From Dictyostelium discoideum (lineage: Eukaryota): a DNA stretch of 64,000 nucleotides. Where the stretch lies: contig CM000151.3 in NCBI GenBank assembly GCA_000004695.1, positions 4,032,001-4,096,000 on the forward strand. The letters run 5' to 3'. Position numbers and translations under genes: made by a program. This document shows, in pieces, positions 57,271-64,000 of the stretch (position 1 is the stretch's first letter; each line of letters begins with the position of its first letter). The notes under the pieces are model-generated. The model worked only from the letters and a program-made list of their open reading frames with translations. It ran no database searches and was not told where the DNA came from.

Positions 57271-59779
57271 ATGACTGGTAGGTTATTCAAATTTATTAAT
57301 TTTTTTTTTATTTTTTTTTTTTTATTTTTTTTTAATTCTCAGATTTTTTTTTATTTTTTTATTTTTTTTTATTTTTTTATTTTTTTTTATTTTTTGGCTT
57401 TTTTTATTTTTTATTTTTTTATTTTTTTTACTTTAAATAATAGGACTAACCTTTTTTGGTTAAAATTTTTTTTTTTTTTTAAAAAAATCAAAAAAAAAAA
57501 AAAAATTAGATTATAGTAAAGCAACAGATGGTACAAAGGTTATTCATGATGATCCATGGTTGGAACCATATAAAGAAGTAATTAAAAGAAGACATAATCA
57601 AGTTAAAAATACCATTCAAAAATTGGAAGAAAGTGAAGGTAGTTTATTAAAATTTTCTCAAGGATATGAATACTTTGGTTTCAATGTTACAAAAGATGGT
57701 GTAAACTATAGAGAATGGTTACCATCTGCTCATGAAGTTTATTTAGTTGGTGATTTCAGTATGTATTTTTAAATTTTTAAAAAAAATTAATTTTATTTTT
57801 ATTTTTTTTTTATAAAATAAAATAAAATAAAATAAAATAAAAAAAAAAATATATATAAAAAAAAAAAAAATAAAATAAAATTAAAATTAATTATTTTAAA
57901 AATTTGAAATCCATACAGATCAATGGAATAAAACAAGTCATCCACTTGAAAGAGATAATTATGGTAGATGGAGTATTTTCATTCCAAATAATTCAAATGG
58001 TGAATGTGCAATTCCACATGGTTCAAAAATTAAAGTAAGTTTTTATTTTATTTTATTTTATTTTTATTTTTATTTTTTGATTCTAATTGGGTTTTTTTTT
58101 TTTTTTTTTTTTAGATTTATTTAAAATTAGCAAATGGTAATTTTGATTATAGAATACCAGCATGGATTAAAAGAGTTGAACAAACCAAAGAGAATCCAGT
58201 ATTTGATGGTGTATTTTGGAATCCAAGTAAACAATATGTATTTAAGAATAAATCACCAATGAAACCAACAGAGTTGAGAATTTATGAAGCACATGTTGGT
58301 ATGTCAAGTGAATTACCAGAGATATCAACATACAGTAAATTCAAGGATACTGTATTACCAATGGTGAAGGAGTTGGGATACAATTGTATTCAGTTGATGG
58401 CAGTTATGGAGCATGCCTATTATGCATCGTTTGGTTATCAAGTGACAAATTTCTTTGCAATCAGCAGTAGATTTGGCACACCGGAGGAGTTGAAAGAGAT
58501 GATTGATAAAGCACACGAGATGGGATTGTTGGTGTTTTTAGACGTTGTTCATAGCCATGCATCAAAGAATGTGTTGGACGGTCTCAATCAATTGGACGGC
58601 ACCGATCATCATTACTTTCACTCGGGTGGTCGTGGAAATCATGAGTTGTGGGATAGCAGATTATTCAATTATGGCAATTGGGAGGTGATGAGATTCCTTT
58701 TATCGAATTTACGTTTCTACGTTGACGAGTATCATTTCGATGGATTCAGATTCGATGGTGTAACAAGCATGATTTACACTCATCATGGTTTATCACCAGC
58801 ATGCTCATACGACGACTATTTCGGTGGTGCTGTCGACGAGGATGCGTTAAATTATCTCACTTTGGCAAATGTTATGCTCCACACATTGAATCCATCAATT
58901 GTCACCATCGCAGAGGAAGTCACTGGTTTAGCAACACTTTGTCGTCCATTTAGTGAGGGTGGTGGTGATTTCGATTACCGTTTAGCTATGGGTATACCTG
59001 ATAAATGGATCGAATTGGTCAAGGAGAAAAAAGATGAAGATTGGAATATGGGTACTATCGCTCACATGCTATCGAATCGTCGTTACAAGGAGAAGAATAT
59101 AGCATACGCCGAATCACATGATCAATCATTGGTGGGTGATAAAACTTTGGCATTCTGGTTAATGGATAAGGAAATGTATACAAATATGTCTGTCACAACC
59201 GAAGAGACTCCAATCATTGATCGTGGTATGTCTTTACATAAGATGATTCGTTTGATCACTTCTTCATTGGGTGGTGATGGTTATCTAAATTTTATGGGTA
59301 ACGAGTTTGGTCACCCAGAATGGGTGGATTTCCCACGTGAAGGTAATAACAATAGTTTACATCATGCTCGTCGTAGATGGGACCTCTATAGAAATCCATT
59401 ATTAAGATATAAACAATTACGTGACTTTGATATTGCAATGAATAAAGCTGAACAAGAATTCCGTTGGTTATCTTCCGATTTCGCTTATATCTCTTTGAAA
59501 CATGAAGATGATAAAATCATAGTTTTCGAACGTGCTTCTCTTATCTTTATCTTTAACTTTCATCCATCTAAAAGTTTCTCTGATTATAGAATTGGTTCTG
59601 GTGTACCAGGTAAATTTATAAATGTTTTAGATTCTGATCGTAAAGAATTTGGTGGTCATGTTCGTATTGGTAAAGATAATTATCATTATACTGAAGATAA
59701 ACCATGGCATGATAGAAAATATTCTTTATTAATTTATATTCCATCAAGAACTTGTTTAGTTTTAAAAAAAGTTGATTAA
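57271..59779 (+). CDS. glgB: 1,4-alpha-glucan (glycogen) branching enzyme, GH13; 4 exons, of which the first 7-nt micro-exon is tentative
   Basis: A tentative exon 1 at 57271-57277 (ATGACTG followed by GTAGGT). Exon 2 at 57510-57758 reads [56 protein letters not shown]. Exon 3 at 57919-58034 reads [30 protein letters not shown]. Exon 4 at 58115-59779 reads [53 protein letters not shown], covering all four GH13 catalytic blocks. The exon 2/3/4 junctions use GTATGT and GTAAGT donors with matching phases, and the joined protein parallels human GBE1 (..GDFNNW..PHGSKLKV..LRIYESHVGISS). Confidence 0.85.
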
Positions 59780-59902
59780 AATAATAATAATAATAAAATA
59801 AAATAAAATAAAAAAATAAAAAATAAAATAAAATATAATATAGTATAATATTTTTTTAAAAATAAAATATTTTTTATTATTTTTTTATTATTATTGTTTT
59901 GT

Positions 59903-62900
59903 TTAAAATAAATCTTTTTGAGATTCAGCTAAATTTAATAAAATATCATCAATATTTTCAATTGGTTTTGAATTTGGTAATTGATTTTGATGATCTAATT
60001 CAATTTGACGATGATGTTTTGATTGATCAATTTTTAATTCAAATTCTTTTGCTTCATTATCAAGTGTTGTCCATTCATCAATGATTCTAACAGCATTTTC
60101 AAGTTTTGGAGTTTTTGTGAGAGGATTATTACAAAGATCAATGGTTTTAGCTTTTGATTTTGATTCTTGATCACACCAAGTTTCACACCATAACCATTCT
60201 TGTGGTAACGAATGAATTCTAACATAATGTTGAAGATAATTTGGTAAATCTTGATCAAGATTGGCTAAACTATTTGGATCACGCGATAATTGATCATAGG
60301 TTGCTCTAAGTTGATCACCAGCTGCTAAACGACGGAATCTAACAAGATCAACGACGTAGAGAGCAGAGATATGATAGGAACGACCAGCTAAATGTTGTCT
60401 CCAATAACCAGATTTCCAGAATCTGAAACCTTCGGTATCCTTATTTGAGTCACAAAATGGTGTGTAACCTAATGAGGCGCCATGGAGATCCATATCCCAA
60501 AGTTCTTTCAAATCGGTACGAACTACTTGATCAGCATCAACGAAAATAATCTTTGGTACATCCAATGGGAAGAGTACATCAAGGAAGAGGATCTTATAAC
60601 TCCAAATGATTCTTTGTTTTTCAGTTTGTTTACGTAACCACCATGGCCATTTATAAGTTACCAACTCATATTGGAAACCATACTCTTTTGCCATCTCTGG
60701 TATGAATTCTTTAAAAGCTGGTGATAAATAATTCTTTAAAAACCAAAATTTAATTGGTGATTCAGTATTCTTTACGACGGATAACATCATAATCTTTAAA
60801 AATCTTTCATAAAGATGACCACTTGCAACTGAAAAAATATGAATTGTATCTAAATTTGATTTCTTTTGATGAGTAGCGACACTATCTGTTGCGTCATTCT
60901 TTGAACTGAAAAGATTTGAAAAGAAGCCACTACTATTTTGTTTTAATTTTTGTTCTTTTTCTTGTTCTTTTTGTTTTTCATATTCATCAATTGGTTGAAG
61001 TATTGGTCTTAATTCTTGACCAGCTTTACGAACCACCGATAGAGATGATAATGATTGATATAAACTATCGATTACAACCAAACGATGTGGTACAATTACA
61101 AAGGTTTCCTTTTCTTTTTGATTTGGATGATCAACCATATCCATTATATCAGAGGATCTACCTGGAGCAATTGTTAATTTCCAAATACCAGGATTGGATT
61201 TCAATTGATAATAACCGAAATTATTCATAACTATAGTATCTTGAGTTTTATTTGTTTGTGTTGAAATTGGGTTTAATAATAATTCTAAACCTGCTGGAGC
61301 GTTATCAGTTGTCATATCATTGGCACTACCCTCGATAACTATATTCTCCAATTCATAAACTGCAGTTAAAACTTGTTCATCACCTAAATCTTTTAGACGA
61401 ATATTATCAAGATCATACTTGGCAATGATTGGTTGAACTAACCAACTTGATGGTATATCCAAAGCCAATGTTACAACACGATCCTCTGGAATATCAGTTG
61501 CAATACCTAATGGTTGATTATAAAGTACATTTTCATTATTAAATTCACTTGATAGCTTAATAACATAAGTATAATAAGTCTTTAATGGTAATTCTGATAA
61601 TGATACAGGTGGATTTAAAATTACATCAACTGGTATATTTAATTTATTTGAAAATTCTCTAACCATTGGTACTAATTTTTGTGAAACTTTATTAAATGGA
61701 TTAATAATCATTAAAAATTTTAATGGTACATCATTTGAATTTGAAGAAGAAGATGATGATGATGATGATAAAGTTGGTGGTTTATGACTAAATGAAATTG
61801 ATAATGAATTTGGAATTCTTTTTCTTTTAATATTTGAATCTAATTGATTGTTACCATTATAATAATAACCAACTAATGATTGAACTTTATTTAAAAGATC
61901 ACTAATTTTTAAATTTGATTTATCTTTTAAAATTGGATCAGAATTTAATAATTCAAAAGTTTTTTTAGCTTTAATCATTTCAATTTCTAAGAGTAATTTA
62001 AAATCAGATTGAATGAATGATGCAGCGTCATCATATGATAGTGGTGGTGTAATAATTCTACCATTTACAAGTATTGAAAGTGGTGATTTATTTGTTGATT
62101 GGATACCAAGATATTGTTTACAAACTTTTGAACTTTGTTTGAAAAGATTAACAGATTGTGCAACCCAGATATCGTTAGCAGCAATATCGAATCCACTCAA
62201 CTCTATGATTTGTTTCATCGTTTTAAAAGAATCGATAATTGTTGGATCGGATTGAACCTTTTCAAATAACCCAATCACCAATTGTGGTGTCAATATTTTA
62301 CCATAGTGTTTTAATATTGTGATTAGTTTACCGAGAATTTGATTTTCATTACCGGCTGTATTGACAACACTATTGATATCGATTGGATTGGAAATGAATG
62401 TTAATTTACAATTTTTTAATTCACCCTTTTCCAATTGTCTTAATAATTCCAATGAGATATCTCTAGTATTGTAATGATCGAAATCACCAATTACAATTAA
62501 ATTTAATAAATTTTGTTCATCTTTATTCTCATTATTTCTAAAATATAATAAATTCTTTAAAACATTTTGTGCATCAACTTCTTGATTTCTATTCTTTGAA
62601 TTTGTAATTAAATGTGAATATTTTTCATTTGAAATCATTGAATTTAATTTTTTTAAAAATGGTAAATTATTATCTTTCCAATATGAACTTGTTAAAATTG
62701 TTTCATAATATTGTGCTGTTGTTGTTGAAAGTATTGATTCTTTAAATAATGGTTTTAAATTATCAAATTCATCATATAATGAAACTAACAAATCAAATGA
62801 TAATTGATCAATATTTGAATATTTAACTTGAACACCATTTACAAATACTTTTGGTAATATTTTTGTAGTAGTTGTTGTTGTTGTTGATTGCGATGTTGTT

Positions 62901-63209
62901 GTATCAAGTAGTTCTAATCTTTCAATTAATTGATTTGAACTTTCTAAAAGATTATCAAAATCAGTATTTGTTAATGCATGTTGTAAAGATCTAACACTAC
63001 CACCCATTTGTTGTAAAACTGCTTGAAATGATGATGAAAGTACAGATCTTGTAATACCAAGTTCATTTGGAATATACATTTTCTTAAAATAATTTAAAGC
63101 AGTAATGAAAAAGAAAGCACCACGATTACCTAAATTTGAATTTTTAATAGTAAGGAAAACTTTTGCTAAATCTTTACCTTGAATGAAATTTGATGTTTGT
63201 GAATTTTGA

Positions 63210-63244
<35 letters not shown>

Positions 63245-64000
63245 TGATTTTGTATTAAAAAGTAATTGAATTCTAGTTGGTATTAATGAATTTCCTTGTA
63301 CCATTTCTTGAATTTCAGGTATGATTTCAAATGTATTAATATTATTCCAATCCAAGACAATAACGGTTGTTAATAGATTCTTTCTGATAAAGATATCTTG
63401 TGGTGAAGTTACGGGTTTATCCAATACTGATGATTGTAATTTTGGCTCCCATTGACGGTAAATGTAATCCAATTCTAAATTATTTAAAGATACAAATGGT
63501 TCATTACCACCATTCAATTCTAGTTCTTCTTTAGTTGGTAATAATTGAATACGAATTGGTAATTGAGCAGAGATTATATCCTGTACAGTCTTTGATGATA
63601 GCGGACCCTGTTGTTGGATTGTAGTGGAATGTTCATACTCTTCTAAAATGATTCTTGATAATTCAATTGGACTAAGTTCATTCGTGTCTATTAAACGACC
63701 GTTTAAAAGCAATGTTTGGTCAGTAGTGGATGGGATTATCTTTTGATTTGACTCAATCACCGATTTCAATGATTCGTTTAATGTTATCTTTGATAATGAA
63801 TTTGAAAGTGTTGGAAACTTTTGAGAAATATATTCCAACGATCTCAATGGGTCACCTGATTGAATGATTTTTTGAGCACTTTGAATACCCAAATCTTTCA
63901 ATTCCCAAACTTTCAATTCTTTAGCCTCTTGACTCTTTGCCATTAAATATGATCTAAATGTTGATAATTTACTTGTTAATTCTGGTTTTCTCTTTTGTAA
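59903..64000 (-). CDS. ggtA: UDP-glucose:glycoprotein glucosyltransferase (UGGT; ER folding sensor); C-terminal about 1365 codons, with the N-terminal part beyond the window end
   Basis: The C-terminal GT24 catalytic domain is nearly identical to human UGGT1: [121 protein letters not shown]. The region near M63943, MAKSQEAKELKVWELKDLGIQSAQKII, parallels UGGT1 residues around 330 (MAPLKVWQLQDLSFQTAARIL). The frame stays open upstream to position 64000, so the gene is 5'-truncated by the window. Confidence 0.85.

Overview
This window reads as nuclear DNA from Dictyostelium discoideum or a very close dictyostelid. Overall GC is about 22-25%, intergenic regions are A/T homopolymer-rich, coding regions carry (AAT)n/(CAA)n poly-Asn/poly-Gln tracts, and introns are short GT...AG (GTAAGT, GTATGT, GTAAAT). 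The window is gene-dense with about 28 protein-coding genes, many multi-exon. Several exon structures were worked out by hand where the ORF track only shows fragments.

The dominant structure is an actin cluster at 15.7-25.1 kb. It holds four genes encoding byte-identical 376-aa Act8-group actin, arranged as two inverted pairs (A-/D+ outer, B-/C+ inner, head-to-head). A frizzled/smoothened-like 7TM receptor gene sits between A and B.

Other recognisable genes:
- EIPR1/TSSC1-like WD40 protein
- USP-family deubiquitinase
- cyclophilin
- PAQR/hemolysin-III receptor
- RMD5/GID2-type CTLH-RING E3 subunit
- tandem pair of phage-T4-type lysozymes
- ankyrin-repeat protein
- RWP-RK transcription factor
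- LAMTOR3/MP1 Ragulator subunit (3 exons, missed by the ORF track)
- large RasGEF
- GT10 alpha-1,3-fucosyltransferase
- Vma22/CCDC115-like V-ATPase assembly factor (4 exons, reconstructed)
- glycogen branching enzyme
- 3' 1346 codons of UDP-glucose:glycoprotein glucosyltransferase, running off the window end

The most interesting non-coding signal is a pair of minus-strand candidate Class I ncRNA genes near 52.6 and 52.95 kb. Each has a terminal GTTGAC/GTCAAC stem and the conserved 11-nt CCTTACAGCAA motif; the first has a DUSE-like CCCACAA box 60 nt upstream.

Further oddities:
- LAMTOR3 introns stuffed with an (ATT)~54 array, a 46-58 bp tandem repeat and a 21-nt poly-C run
- a 27-bp inverted repeat bracketing the LAMTOR3 3' end
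- a 120-bp tandem duplication upstream of one lysozyme copy
- a reading-frame switch inside an (AAT)n tract of the RMD5 gene
- an unannotated 4-exon small gene at 53.6-54.2 kb

Nothing prokaryotic (operons, CRISPR, defense islands) is present.
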